Source: Pseudomonadota bacterium | GTDB lineage: Bacteria; Pseudomonadota; Alphaproteobacteria; Kiloniellales; JAKSDN01 | Length of the DNA stretch: 64,000 nt | NCBI GenBank assembly: GCA_039029395.1 | Contig: JBCCGG010000018.1 | Span: 27,773-91,772, forward strand | Direction of reading: 5' to 3' | Shown: positions 27,522-37,602 of the stretch, in pieces | Numbering within the stretch: position 1 is the first letter of the stretch | Layout: each line of letters starts with the position of its first letter | The notes under the pieces: generated by a model | What the model saw: the letters and a program-made list of their open reading frames with translations, nothing else | Databases searched by the model: none | Told to the model about the DNA's origin: nothing | Made by a program: the position numbers and the translations under genes

Positions 27522-29123
27522 GTGCGCTCGAGTTCCGTGAATCCCGATAGCCATGATGTCGCGATCGCGCTCAACGGCATCACCAAGCGGTTCCCGGGTG
27601 TGGTCGCCAATGACCGGATCTCGCTGACCTTTCGCCGTGGCGAGGTCCATGCCCTGCTTGGCGAGAACGGCGCGGGCAAATCGACCCTGATCGCCATCAT
27701 GTCGGGCATGCAGCGCCCGGACTCCGGCCAGATCCAAGTGGCTGGCCGGTCGGTGCGAATCACCTCGCCCTCGGCCGCCCTTCGCCTTGGAATCGGAACG
27801 GTCTACCAGCACGTCCTGCTGGTGCCCAGCCTGACCGTGCTCGAGAATCTCATGCTCGGCGCGCCCTGGTGGCGGCCCTGCAACCGAACGGCAACGCTGA
27901 AGCGCTTCGAGGAGCTGAGCGCGCTGCTCTCCACCAACGTGGCGCCGGACTCCCTGGTCGGCCGGCTGTCCCTGGGCCAGCAGCAGCAGGTCGAGATCAT
28001 GCGCGCCCTTTGGCATGGCGAGCTGGTGCTGATCCTGGACGAGCCGACCTCCATGTTGACGCCCCAAGGGGTCGCGGAGCTCGGCGTGGTCGTACGCCGC
28101 CTGCGCGATCACGGTGTCGCCGTGGTTTTCATCACCCACAAGCTGAAAGAAGCCTACGACCTGGCGGACCGTGTCTCGGTGCTCCGGCTGGGCCGGGTGG
28201 TCGGCGAGCTGGGCCCCGAAGACCTTCGGGCGAAGTCGGAGCTGGAGGCGATCGACGCCGTGGTCGCCATGATGTTCGGGCGCGAGGAGGAGCCCGAGGA
28301 TCTCAAGACCACGCTCCTGGGCGGCGCGCGCGAGCGCGACGGCCTGAGCGTGGCGGAACGAAGCGGCGAGCCAGCTCTTTCGATGCGCGGCTGCCATAGC
28401 CACGGCGATCCGGGCGAGTGCCCCTTGGCCGGTGTCGATCTGGATGTCTGGCCCGGCGAGATCCTGGGCATCGCGGGTGTCGACGGCAACGGACAGAAGC
28501 ATTTCGCGGAGGCCTTGGCGGGACAGCGGCGTCTCAGCGCCGGATCGATCCTCCTAGGCGGCGAGGCCGTGGAAAGAACCGACGTCATCCAGCGGCGCGC
28601 GCGGGGGGTCCGCTACATTACGGACGAGCGGCTCGGCGAGGGAACGGCGGCTCGGCACTCGGTCGCGACAAACCTGATCCTGAAAGAGATCGGAAAATCG
28701 GCCTTCTGGCGCCACGGCCTCACTCAGTGGCGCCAGATCAACGAGCACGGCCGGAAGATGATCGCGGAGCACGACATCCGCGCGCCCTCGGAGCGAACCA
28801 CCATCGAGAAGCTTTCCGGCGGCAACATCCAGAAGGTCCTGCTGGCCCGGGAGTGGGCGCCGGATGCGTCCCTGGTGATCTTCAACAAGCCGACCTACGG
28901 GCTCGACCTGCAGACCACGAAGCGCGCGCGGGACTGGATCAAGAGCGGTGCCGGCGCGCCGGGCGCGGTCATCATCGTGATCTCCAACGAGCTCGACGAG
29001 CTGATCGAGGTCTGCCACCGGATTGCCGTGATCGACCGGGGAAGGATCGCGGGCGTGGTCGACGCGGGCGACGGCGCGACAAGCGAGATCGGGCGCCTGA
29101 TGACCGGCGCGGAAGCCGCCTGA
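27522..29123 (+). CDS. ABC transporter ATP-binding protein with duplicated ATPase domains
   Basis: 533 aa with GTG start after GAGG. Walker A is GENGAGKST. The signatures are LSLGQQQ and LSGGNIQK. There are two NBDs. Confidence 0.9.
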   Translation: MRSSSVNPDSHDVAIALNGITKRFPGVVANDRISLTFRRGEVHALLGENGAGKSTLIAIMSGMQRPDSGQIQVAGRSVRITSPSAALRLGIGTVYQHVLLVPSLTVLENLMLGAPWWRPCNRTATLKRFEELSALLSTNVAPDSLVGRLSLGQQQQVEIMRALWHGELVLILDEPTSMLTPQGVAELGVVVRRLRDHGVAVVFITHKLKEAYDLADRVSVLRLGRVVGELGPEDLRAKSELEAIDAVVAMMFGREEEPEDLKTTLLGGARERDGLSVAERSGEPALSMRGCHSHGDPGECPLAGVDLDVWPGEILGIAGVDGNGQKHFAEALAGQRRLSAGSILLGGEAVERTDVIQRRARGVRYITDERLGEGTAARHSVATNLILKEIGKSAFWRHGLTQWRQINEHGRKMIAEHDIRAPSERTTIEKLSGGNIQKVLLAREWAPDASLVIFNKPTYGLDLQTTKRARDWIKSGAGAPGAVIIVISNELDELIEVCHRIAVIDRGRIAGVVDAGDGATSEIGRLMTGAEAA

Positions 29124-29124
29124 G

Positions 29125-30183
29125 ATGACCGACAGCAGCCAGCCGCGCTGGGCCCCGGAAGCCCTTCATAGGGTTCTTCGCGTCCTGCTGCCGATTCTAT
29201 TGGCGCTGGGTGCGGGCGCCGTCCTGCTTGTCATCCTGGGCAAAGACCCGCTCGCCTACTACGGATACGTTCTCAAGCGCGGCCTCTACAGTCCCTCGGG
29301 CTTCGAAGCGTCGATCACCCGCATGGCGCCCTTGCTGTTGATCGCGGCCGGGCTGATCGTCGCGTTTCGCGCCGGGCTTTGGAACCTCGGAGTCGATGGC
29401 CAGTTTCTCTTGGCCGCCGTCTTCGTATCGGCCCTGACGCCCGCCCTCCTGCCCTTTATGCCGGCGATCGCGGCCATCGTCCTGGCCTTTCTGGTGGCGG
29501 TCGCTGTCGGCGCGGCCTGGTCCTTGATACCGGCTTTCTTGAAGGCGCGGCACGGCATCAACGAGATCATCTCGACCCTTATGATGAGCTTTCTGGGCGT
29601 CAGCTTCGCCAACGTGCTGATCAAGATCCCCTTCAACGATCCAAGCACCACCGTGCCGCAGACCGCCACCTTGCCAGTCGATGACCGGCTTGCGAGGCTG
29701 GGCGATAGCACGGTCCATTGGGGCGTGGTGCTCGCGGTCATCATGGTCGTCGCGGTTCATTACCTGATGGAGCGAACCTCCCTGGGGCTGAAGCTTCAGA
29801 TCGTCGGCACCAACCCGCGCACCGCGATCCACTGCGGGCTGGACGTGAAGCGGCTGACCTTCGTCGCCTTCGCCATCAGCGCTGGGTTGGCCGGGCTGGC
29901 CGGGGCGGTGGATGTCTTGGGCGTGCACGGAACGATCCGGGCCGATTGGAACCCGGCCTATGGCATCGTCGTCATCCCCTTGGTGTTCCTCGCGCGCTTC
30001 AACGGCTTCGCGGTCATCGCTTTCGTGTTCTTCTTCGCCGTCTTGATGATCGGCGGCGAGAGCGCGGCGCGGCGCCTGGGCGTGCCGAGCTTCTTCGTCC
30101 TGGTCTTGGTCGCCTTGTTGATGCTGTTCTTCGCGGTGATCGAGTTCCTCGATCACGCCCGGCGCAATCGGGCGGGGAGCTGA
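29125..30183 (+). CDS. ABC transporter permease
   Basis: 352 aa and polytopic. The start is 2 nt after the ATPase stop. Confidence 0.85.
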   Translation: MTDSSQPRWAPEALHRVLRVLLPILLALGAGAVLLVILGKDPLAYYGYVLKRGLYSPSGFEASITRMAPLLLIAAGLIVAFRAGLWNLGVDGQFLLAAVFVSALTPALLPFMPAIAAIVLAFLVAVAVGAAWSLIPAFLKARHGINEIISTLMMSFLGVSFANVLIKIPFNDPSTTVPQTATLPVDDRLARLGDSTVHWGVVLAVIMVVAVHYLMERTSLGLKLQIVGTNPRTAIHCGLDVKRLTFVAFAISAGLAGLAGAVDVLGVHGTIRADWNPAYGIVVIPLVFLARFNGFAVIAFVFFFAVLMIGGESAARRLGVPSFFVLVLVALLMLFFAVIEFLDHARRNRAGS

Positions 30184-30186
30184 GTC

Positions 30187-31122
30187 TTGGACGCGCTTTT
30201 GACCGAGGTCTTCATCGGATCGCTGATATTCGGCGCGGTCACGGCCGGCGTGCCCCTGCTGTTGGCCGGATTGGGCGAACAGGTCTCGGAGAAATCGGGC
30301 GTTCTCAACATCGGCCTGGAAGGCATGATGCTGATCGGCGCCTATGCCGGATTCACGGCCGCTTATCTGAGCGATTCCTTCCTGCTAGGGTTCTTGGCGG
30401 GCGGGTTCGCCGGCCTTGCCACCGCGGCCTTGATGGCTTTGCTTTGCGTGATCCTCGGCATGAATCAAATCGTCGTCGGCATTGCGATCACCTTGGGCGC
30501 GGAGGGTTTGACCGCGCTGCTCCATCATTTTCAGTTCAGCCGCAGCTATCCCCGCCTGTCGAAAGTGGAAACCTGGCCGATACCGGGCCTGAGCGATCTG
30601 CCCTACGTCGGCTCCGCGCTGTTCGACCGGAATGTCCTGATCTACTTTGCAATCCTTCTGACCGTGGCGATGGTCTGGGTCTTCAGGCGCACACATTTCG
30701 GGCTCAACCTCCAGGCCGCCGGAGACAAGCCGGCCGCGTTGGACGCAACCGGCGTGAACGTCAAGGCGACGCGGAGCGCAGCGGTCCTCATAACCGGCTT
30801 TCTCGGCGGACTTGGCGGCGCCTACATGTCGACCGTGGGTGGCGGCCTGTTCCTGCCCTTCATGACCGGCGGCGCCGGCTTCATCGCCATCGTGCTCGCG
30901 ATGCTGGCCCGCGGACATCCCTTATGGGTTCTGGTCGGCGCGCTGCTGTTCGGCGCGAGCCTTTCCATGGCGACCGCCCTGCAGGTGGCCGGCGTGAACA
31001 TTCCCACCGACGTGGTTCAGATGTTGCCCTTCGCGATGGTGATCCTGGTGCTGGTGCTCTTCGCGCGCCACAGCCAGCTACCCCCCGCGCTGGGAATTCC
31101 CTATCATCGCGGGGAGCGTTAA
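30187..31122 (+). CDS. ABC transporter permease
   Basis: 311 aa and polytopic. TTG start 4 nt after the previous stop. Confidence 0.8.
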   Translation: MDALLTEVFIGSLIFGAVTAGVPLLLAGLGEQVSEKSGVLNIGLEGMMLIGAYAGFTAAYLSDSFLLGFLAGGFAGLATAALMALLCVILGMNQIVVGIAITLGAEGLTALLHHFQFSRSYPRLSKVETWPIPGLSDLPYVGSALFDRNVLIYFAILLTVAMVWVFRRTHFGLNLQAAGDKPAALDATGVNVKATRSAAVLITGFLGGLGGAYMSTVGGGLFLPFMTGGAGFIAIVLAMLARGHPLWVLVGALLFGASLSMATALQVAGVNIPTDVVQMLPFAMVILVLVLFARHSQLPPALGIPYHRGER

Positions 31123-31176
31123 AGCCGAAGCGACGATGGCGCACTCATCAATCGACTGGACGGAGGAGACGCACAG

Positions 31177-31998
31177 ATGACCGACACGAAAGTACACCTG
31201 CTGGACGGCGGCACCTTGGTGATCGACGGCTTCCACGCCTTTTGGAACCGGGGTCCCGGCGGCGAGCTGCGCTTCCCCTGCTATGCGGTGTTGGTCGAGC
31301 ACAAGGACGGGCTCTACATATTCGATACCGGCTACGACCACGACCATGTCATGAAGGTGCTGCCATTCGAAAAGCCGCTGCAGACGCCTGAGCAGACCAT
31401 TCCCGGCGCACTGGCGGCCATCGGCAAAAGGCCGGAGGACGTAAATTACGTCATCAACTCCCACTACCATTTCGATCACTGCGGCGGGAACAAGCATCTG
31501 AAGACCGCCTGCACGATCTGCCATTCGGCCGAGCTTGATGCCTGTACCGGCCATCAGCCCTTCGAGCGGCTTGGCTACTCCGACACCAGCTGCTTTGCCG
31601 GCCTCGGCATCGAAACCGAAGACGGAAGCTCGGTCGGTGGATCCGGCGACCCGGAGATCGACATCTACACACCCAAGTACGAGACCTTCACCGGCGATCA
31701 GGAGATCGCCAAGGGCCTCTGGCTGTTCGAGACTCCGGGCCACACGGCAGGCCACTACAGCATGATGGTGGAGCTTGCCAACCGACGTCCCATGCTGTTC
31801 ACCGCCGACGCCTGCTATAGCCAGAAGAACATGGAGATGATGTGCATCTCGAGCTTCCACCTGGACCCGACGGCGAGCGTGAAGTCCATGCAGCGATTGA
31901 AGGACCTGGCCGAAAAGCACGATGCGGAGCTGTTCTACTCCCACGATCCCGAGAGCTTCGTGGACTACGTCAAGGCACCGGACGGGTACTATTCTTGA
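31177..31998 (+). CDS. metallo-beta-lactamase-fold lactonase (AHL-lactonase / 4-pyridoxolactonase-like)
   Basis: 273 aa with ATG after GGAGGAG. The zinc motif is SHYHFDHCGG (HxHxDH), followed downstream by TPGHTAGH and FTADA. Confidence 0.8.
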   Translation: MTDTKVHLLDGGTLVIDGFHAFWNRGPGGELRFPCYAVLVEHKDGLYIFDTGYDHDHVMKVLPFEKPLQTPEQTIPGALAAIGKRPEDVNYVINSHYHFDHCGGNKHLKTACTICHSAELDACTGHQPFERLGYSDTSCFAGLGIETEDGSSVGGSGDPEIDIYTPKYETFTGDQEIAKGLWLFETPGHTAGHYSMMVELANRRPMLFTADACYSQKNMEMMCISSFHLDPTASVKSMQRLKDLAEKHDAELFYSHDPESFVDYVKAPDGYYS

Positions 31999-32024
31999 GC
32001 CCGGACGGGCGCTCTGCGATCTGC

Positions 32025-33203
32025 CTAGGGCGCGCCTTGGTCGATGACCGCCAGGGCGCCGGCCACGCCGGCCGGCACGTCGGCGGCGAACCCCAGTTTG
32101 CGCAGAGCGCCGCCCAAGGCGGTCACGGCCACGACGGCATAAATCGGTTCCGCGGTCGGGCCCATATGGCCGATGCGCAGCAGCTTGCCCAGGGTATCGC
32201 CGCGCCCGACCGAGAGCACCACGCCGTAGAGATCGCGCGCCGCCGCGACGATCGCCCCATCGTCGAGACCATCGGGCAAGCTGACGGCGGTGGTTGTCGG
32301 CGAGGCGATCGCCTCGGACGCCGGCCACAGCGTGCAGCCCATCGCGGTAACTCCCGCTCGGCAGGCCGCGGCGGTCAGGGCATGGCGCGACCAGACCACT
32401 TCCGGCCCCTCCGCAAGATAACGCTCGATCGCCGCGGCGAGGCCGCTGATCTCGGAAATCGACGGGGTGAAGGGAAAGGGCTCGGTGCGGCGCCAGGCAT
32501 CCTTCCAATCCAGATAGCTCAGGATCGAGGCCCTCGGGCTATCGGGGTTCTGCTCCATGTGGCGCCAGGCCTTCTCGCTGACAGCGACGAAGGTGATCCC
32601 CGGCGTTCCGCCCAGGCACTTGCCGGGCCCGGTGATGAATACATCAGCCTGGCAGTCGCTCGGATGAATATCCATTCCGCCGAAGGACGACACTGCATCG
32701 ACCAGCAGCATCGCGCCGTGGTCGGCGACGGCCGCGCCGATCTCGACCAGCGGATTAATGGTGCCCGACGGCGTGTCGTGATGGACGACGGAGACCACCG
32801 AGATCTCCGGGTGCGCCTTGAGCGCCTGCGCCACGGCTTGGCCGGTTATCGCCTCGTTATAGGGAACCTCGATCTCCACCATGTCCTTGTGGTAGCGCGC
32901 CGACCAATACCCGAAGCCCTTGCCGTAAACTCCGGAGGCGAGATTCAGCACCACGTCCTGCTTGGAGATCAGCGAGGCCGCCGCCGCCTCGATGGCAACC
33001 GCCGGCTCGGCCTGAAGAATCAGCGCGGGGTCGGGCCAGCGCAGGGCCTCGGCGCATTTGACGGCGGTTTCCTCATAGAAGGCCTGAAAGCTTGGGTCGT
33101 AGTCGTAACCGAGCGGCCGCGCCATGGCCTGCAAGACATCGGGATAACCCTGAACCGGCCCCGCCGTCAGGGTTATGACGGGTGGCTTAATCTCTGTGGT
33201 CAT
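32025..33203 (-). CDS. class V (fold-type I) pyridoxal-phosphate aminotransferase, alanine-glyoxylate / pyridoxamine-pyruvate aminotransferase-like
   Basis: 392 aa. Segments: VVSVVHHDTPSGTINP, LLVDAVSSFGG, and GPGKCLGG (PLP-Lys region). Confidence 0.85.
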   Translation of the reverse strand: MTTEIKPPVITLTAGPVQGYPDVLQAMARPLGYDYDPSFQAFYEETAVKCAEALRWPDPALILQAEPAVAIEAAAASLISKQDVVLNLASGVYGKGFGYWSARYHKDMVEIEVPYNEAITGQAVAQALKAHPEISVVSVVHHDTPSGTINPLVEIGAAVADHGAMLLVDAVSSFGGMDIHPSDCQADVFITGPGKCLGGTPGITFVAVSEKAWRHMEQNPDSPRASILSYLDWKDAWRRTEPFPFTPSISEISGLAAAIERYLAEGPEVVWSRHALTAAACRAGVTAMGCTLWPASEAIASPTTTAVSLPDGLDDGAIVAAARDLYGVVLSVGRGDTLGKLLRIGHMGPTAEPIYAVVAVTALGGALRKLGFAADVPAGVAGALAVIDQGAP

Positions 33204-33261
33204 GTCGCTCGCTCCTCGAAAGAGTCAACGATAAAGCCTGTTGGCTTGGACATTCGCCGCG

Positions 33262-34821
33262 ATGGCTTATGACTATGTCATCGTCGGCGCCGGATCGGCC
33301 GGCTGCGTTCTCGCGGCCCGGCTGAGCGAGGAAGAGTCGCTCTCCGTTTGCCTGGTCGAGGCGGGCGGTCCCGCGCTTGATCCAGCGATCGCGGACCCGG
33401 CCATGTGGCCGGCGCTGCAAGGCCGGGAGATCGATTGGGGCTTCGAGACCACGGCCCAACACCATACGGCGGCGCGGCGCCACGCTTGGCCGCGCGGCCG
33501 TGTGATCGGCGGCTCGAGCGCGCTCAACGCCATGGCCCACGTGCGCGGCCACCCTAGGGATTTCGACAGCTGGGCGGCGGCCGGCTGCGACGGATGGGGT
33601 TACGCCGACTTGATGCCATACTTCATCAAGTCCGAGACCTCGGACCGCCCGGGCTCGCCTTACCATGGCTATGGCGGCCCGATTACCCTCATGACGCCCA
33701 GCGAGCCGCACCCGATCACGCGCTGCTACATGGCGGCCGGCGAAAGTCTCGGCATCCCACCGACCGACGAGCACAACGGGCCCTGCATGCTCGGGCCGAC
33801 CCTCAACAGCCTGACCATCGTCGAGGGCAAGCGCCAAAGCGTGGCCGACGCCTATCTGACGCCCGCGCTCGGGCGGCCTAATCTGGAAATCCGCACGGGC
33901 TGCCTCGTCGACCGGGTCGTCATGACCGGCGACGGTCTTTGCCGTGGGGTGGAGGTTCTGCAAGACGGTCAGCGCCAGGTGATCGCGGCGGGGCGCGCCG
34001 TGCTTCTGTGCGGCGGCACCGTCGGATCGCCTATGGTTCTTGCGCGCTCCGGACTTGGCCCGGCGTCGGATCTGACCGCTCTGGGTATCCAGGTGCAAGC
34101 GGACTTGCCGGGCGTCGGGCAAAACCTCCACGATCATCTGCTGAGCGGCGGCAACCTCTACCGCGCCAAACGCCCGGTGCCGGCGAGCAAGTACCAGCAT
34201 TCCGAATCGCTGATGTATCTGGAGGGTGACGGCGATCGGCGCGCGCCCGAGATGGTGCTGGCCTGCGTCTTGGCACCGGTCGTGACCGAGTGTTTCGAGG
34301 CGCCGGCGCCGGGCAAGGCCTATACCATCATGTTCGGCGTCACCCATCCCCGCAGCCGGGGCGCCTTGCGCCTTGTCTCGGCCGACCCGACCGCGGCGCC
34401 GGTGATCGATCCGAACTACTTGGCAGAGGCCTACGACCGGGAGACCTACGTCAGAGCCTTGGAACGGGCGCGCGCGGTTGGCGCCGCGGCGGCCCTCGGG
34501 GACTGGCGCCAGGCCGAACTTTTGCCGGGACCGGGCGTTCGCTCCGAGCAAGAGCTGACCGCGTTTCTGGCCAAGGCCGCCTTCACGCACCACCACCCCG
34601 TGGGTACCTGTCGCATGGGCAGCGACGAATTGGCCGTCGTGGGCTCGGACCTGTCGGTGCGCGGGGTCCAAGGTCTCTATGTCATCGATGGCTCGATCCT
34701 CCCGAGCATTCCCACCGGGCCGATCAACGCGGCCATCGTCGCCATCGCAGAGCGGGCAAGCGACCTTCTGCGCGGCAAGGCGCCGCTCGCGCCCTTCGAC
34801 CCGCGCGCGGCGCCGACGTGA
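33262..34821 (+). CDS. GMC family FAD-dependent oxidoreductase (second copy)
   Basis: ORF 33241..34821; the likely ATG is at 33262 ([15 protein letters not shown]). GGSSALNAM; HPVGTCRMG...VIDGSILP. Confidence 0.9.
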   Translation: MAYDYVIVGAGSAGCVLAARLSEEESLSVCLVEAGGPALDPAIADPAMWPALQGREIDWGFETTAQHHTAARRHAWPRGRVIGGSSALNAMAHVRGHPRDFDSWAAAGCDGWGYADLMPYFIKSETSDRPGSPYHGYGGPITLMTPSEPHPITRCYMAAGESLGIPPTDEHNGPCMLGPTLNSLTIVEGKRQSVADAYLTPALGRPNLEIRTGCLVDRVVMTGDGLCRGVEVLQDGQRQVIAAGRAVLLCGGTVGSPMVLARSGLGPASDLTALGIQVQADLPGVGQNLHDHLLSGGNLYRAKRPVPASKYQHSESLMYLEGDGDRRAPEMVLACVLAPVVTECFEAPAPGKAYTIMFGVTHPRSRGALRLVSADPTAAPVIDPNYLAEAYDRETYVRALERARAVGAAAALGDWRQAELLPGPGVRSEQELTAFLAKAAFTHHHPVGTCRMGSDELAVVGSDLSVRGVQGLYVIDGSILPSIPTGPINAAIVAIAERASDLLRGKAPLAPFDPRAAPT

Positions 34822-35222
34822 TCAAGCGTTTTGGGATCTTCATCGCCGCCGCGTTCGCCGTCGCGGGCTCGGGACATGCCGCCGACCCACAAAATATACA
34901 CCTGCGGATCGAGAATGCCTCCGAGGTATCGATACGCTGCGTGATGGTCCTGGCGCATTTCGTCACCAAGGACATGCCGCCGATCCCATCGGGAAGCAGC
35001 TACACAACGACTCTGATCCGGGACCCGGACCAGGGCACCTTGAGCTATGGCTCTTTCGACGACCATCCTATGATGCTCGAGAACCTCCTGTGCGGCAGTC
35101 TCTCCGATTGGACGACGACCTCTCGGGATCTTCCAATTCTGAACCTACGCTCCGCCGAGGCCACGCGATTCCACTTTCAATGCACCTTGCAGGACGAACG
35201 CCTCGCCTGCGCGACGCGTTAG
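34818..35222 (+). CDS. small exported protein, unknown function
   Basis: The GTG at 34818 overlaps the GMC stop (GTGA). Signal peptide VIKRFGIFIAAAFAVAGSGHA. 134 aa. It is in frame with the listed ORF 34290..35222. Confidence 0.5.
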   Translation: MIKRFGIFIAAAFAVAGSGHAADPQNIHLRIENASEVSIRCVMVLAHFVTKDMPPIPSGSSYTTTLIRDPDQGTLSYGSFDDHPMMLENLLCGSLSDWTTTSRDLPILNLRSAEATRFHFQCTLQDERLACATR

Positions 35223-35963
35223 CTACCACCGCACCATGCCGGCATCCGCGTTGAGCGCCTGACCGGTAATCCAATGAGCCTCCTCGGAGGCCAGGAACGC
35301 GATGGCCGGAACGATGTCGGGTGGCGTCCCGCGCCCCTTGATCGCCTGCAGCATATCGACGAACTCGAAGGCGTGCTTGTGGTCGGTCTTCTGCACGCCC
35401 TCCGTATCGGTGAGGCCGGGGCATACGCAGTTGACGGTGATCCGGTCGGCGCCCAGCTCGGTCGCCAAGGCCCGGGAGAAGGTCAGGACGCCGCCCTTCG
35501 AAGCCACGTAGTGCGCCATATTTGGCGTGCCGGCGAAAATCGAATTGGAGCATACCGACACGATCCGGCCGTACCCGCCTTTGCGCATGGCATCGGACGA
35601 GGCCCGGCACATGAGATAAAGCCCGTCCAAGTTCACCCGAAGAACCCGCCGCCACTCTTCAAAGGTCAGCTCGTCCCACGGCACGAAGGGCACGATCGCC
35701 GCCGAATTGATAAGGATGTCGATCTTGCCGCACTTGTCCAGGACAGCCTTGTGAAGCGCAGCCACCGAGTCCGGATCGCCGATATCGCAGTGCACGACGA
35801 AGCAGCCCTCGCCAAGGTCCGCCGCCTTGGCCTCGACGCCCGCGTGATCGATGTCGACCGCCGCCACGGTGGCCCCTTCGCTTGCCAGGCGCTTGGCCGT
35901 TTCCGCGCCAATGCCGCTCGCCGCGCCGGTCACGATGGCGACCCGACCTTCAAACCTGCTCAT
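35223..35963 (-). CDS. short-chain dehydrogenase/reductase (SDR)
   Basis: 246 aa. TGAASGIGAET (the TGxxxGxG motif), NSAA, and the catalytic YVASK. Confidence 0.9.
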   Translation of the reverse strand: MSRFEGRVAIVTGAASGIGAETAKRLASEGATVAAVDIDHAGVEAKAADLGEGCFVVHCDIGDPDSVAALHKAVLDKCGKIDILINSAAIVPFVPWDELTFEEWRRVLRVNLDGLYLMCRASSDAMRKGGYGRIVSVCSNSIFAGTPNMAHYVASKGGVLTFSRALATELGADRITVNCVCPGLTDTEGVQKTDHKHAFEFVDMLQAIKGRGTPPDIVPAIAFLASEEAHWITGQALNADAGMVRW

Positions 35964-36000
35964 GCCTTATCTCCCTGTTCATTTGCCTTGTACCGAATGC

Positions 36001-36546
36001 CTAGACCGTCGCCCGGCCCTTTCCGACCCGGGGCGCCGGGCGGCCGCCGTCCGAATAGGCCAAGATCGCGAGTATCTCGTTCGGCCGTGGGGCATCGCCG
36101 ACCATGAGGGTCATGGTGTCCAGCTCGTCGAACGACCAGACCTCGTCCTTGTGGGCCAAAGGCACATCGATCGCCGTGCCCGCGGCGGCCACCTTGGTGA
36201 CCGACGGTATCAGCGCCTCGCCACCGCCGCAGGCCGCGCGCATAGGCTTGCCGAGCTTGGGGTGCAGCAGGGCGGCGGCGTGCTCCAGGTCGCCATTGAC
36301 TCCGACGATGGCCGCCTTGCCGTAGGCCTTGGCCGGCCGCTCCAGCATGGCGACCGCGGTCGCCGCCAACGCCTCGCCGAACTGCATACCCATGTCGAAC
36401 AGGGCCTCCAGGTCCTGCTCGAAGCGGCCGGCAAAGGGGTTGTCCAGCACCGCGAGCGCGGCGACCCGGGTTACCGGGACCTCCGCGGCCTTGCCGGCCT
36501 CGGCCAGAACCCGTTCCTTTATGAACAGCGTTTTACGCATCGTCAT
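36001..36546 (-). CDS. amino acid synthesis family protein (AA_synth / DUF1185-like)
   Basis: The ATG at 36546 gives 181 aa (MTMRKTLFIKERV...NPFAGRF...). The family call is from recollection of this about 180-aa family. Confidence 0.55.
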   Translation of the reverse strand: MTMRKTLFIKERVLAEAGKAAEVPVTRVAALAVLDNPFAGRFEQDLEALFDMGMQFGEALAATAVAMLERPAKAYGKAAIVGVNGDLEHAAALLHPKLGKPMRAACGGGEALIPSVTKVAAAGTAIDVPLAHKDEVWSFDELDTMTLMVGDAPRPNEILAILAYSDGGRPAPRVGKGRATV

Positions 36547-36566
36547 GATCGCGCTCCCCCTCTTGC

Positions 36567-37577
36567 TCAGCGTTTCGCCTCGACCACGCCGAGCAGTTTT
36601 TCGTACTCGGCGGCGACGTCGGCGTCGGCGCTCAAGATCTGGTCGCTGACCGACTTGAAGGTTTGATTCATGCGGGCGCGATCTTCGTCGCTCAACTGGT
36701 GGATTTGGCCGCCTTGTTCGAGCCAGACTCGGTTGGTGCGCTCGACATTGTCGATGCCCCATTGGAGCACCGCTTCCTCGGCAGCGCGTCCGGCTTCCAA
36801 GATCGCGGTTTGAACCTCTTCCGACTGGGCCTGGAACCAAGCCTCGTTGACCACATTGACCGAGACGATGATGGAAAACTGAAGATCCGTGACGTTTTCG
36901 GCGATATCGTAATACTTGAAGGCCACTAAGATGGGCATGCCGGCCAACATGCCGTCGATGTTGCCGGACTGGAGCGCCGGCACCACTTCGCTCAAGGGCA
37001 AGGGCAGAGCGCTGGCGCCGATCGCCTCCATGGGCCGAATCTGAAGGGGCGAGGCGAAGGTACGGATCTTGAGGCCCTTGAGATCGTCCAGCTTCGGCGC
37101 CGGCGCCTTGGTCAGCACGATAAAGGGGCTGTTGTAGATCGCGCCGATGATTCTCAAGCCCTTGCTGAGCGCCAGCTGTTCCAGATGATCCCGATAGTCC
37201 GGGTCGTGAATGACACGCGCCAGGTGTTCGGGAGAGTCAAAAAGACCGGGCGCGTCGAAGACCTTGAACTTGGGCTCGGCCCCGACCAGAAAGGCGGTCG
37301 GCGAGATGAAGGATTCGATGGTGCCCAGTAACACGCCCTCGGCCATGCGCGGGATGGTGCCGAGCTGGCTTGCCGGGTAGATCTCGACAACAATTTGATC
37401 GCCGATCCGCTTGCCCAATTCGCTGGCAAAAGTTTTTTGCCATTCATGCTGCACGTCGTTGATGGTGGCGCTGGCCATCTTCATGACCGTTTGCGCCTGG
37501 ACCAGCTGGGCGGGCAGAACGACGCCCATCGCGAGCGCAACGACGAAACCCTTCAATGAGATGCGCGTCTTGATCAT
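36567..37577 (-). CDS. dctP: TRAP transporter substrate-binding protein (DctP family)
   Basis: ATG at 37577 after GGGAGGAG. It has a signal peptide and is 336 aa. It sits directly downstream of dctQM. Confidence 0.85.
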   Translation of the reverse strand: MIKTRISLKGFVVALAMGVVLPAQLVQAQTVMKMASATINDVQHEWQKTFASELGKRIGDQIVVEIYPASQLGTIPRMAEGVLLGTIESFISPTAFLVGAEPKFKVFDAPGLFDSPEHLARVIHDPDYRDHLEQLALSKGLRIIGAIYNSPFIVLTKAPAPKLDDLKGLKIRTFASPLQIRPMEAIGASALPLPLSEVVPALQSGNIDGMLAGMPILVAFKYYDIAENVTDLQFSIIVSVNVVNEAWFQAQSEEVQTAILEAGRAAEEAVLQWGIDNVERTNRVWLEQGGQIHQLSDEDRARMNQTFKSVSDQILSADADVAAEYEKLLGVVEAKR

Positions 37578-37602
37578 GAAGTGCTCCTCCCTTCTTGTTG
37601 AA

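Noticed and set aside
31177-31998. Reading the MBL lactonase as a quorum-quenching AHL lactonase.
   Set aside because: This is not excluded by the sequence. I de-prioritise it because the gene is the last cistron of an uptake operon inside a catabolic cluster whose other enzyme families fit lactone-forming heteroaromatic catabolism.
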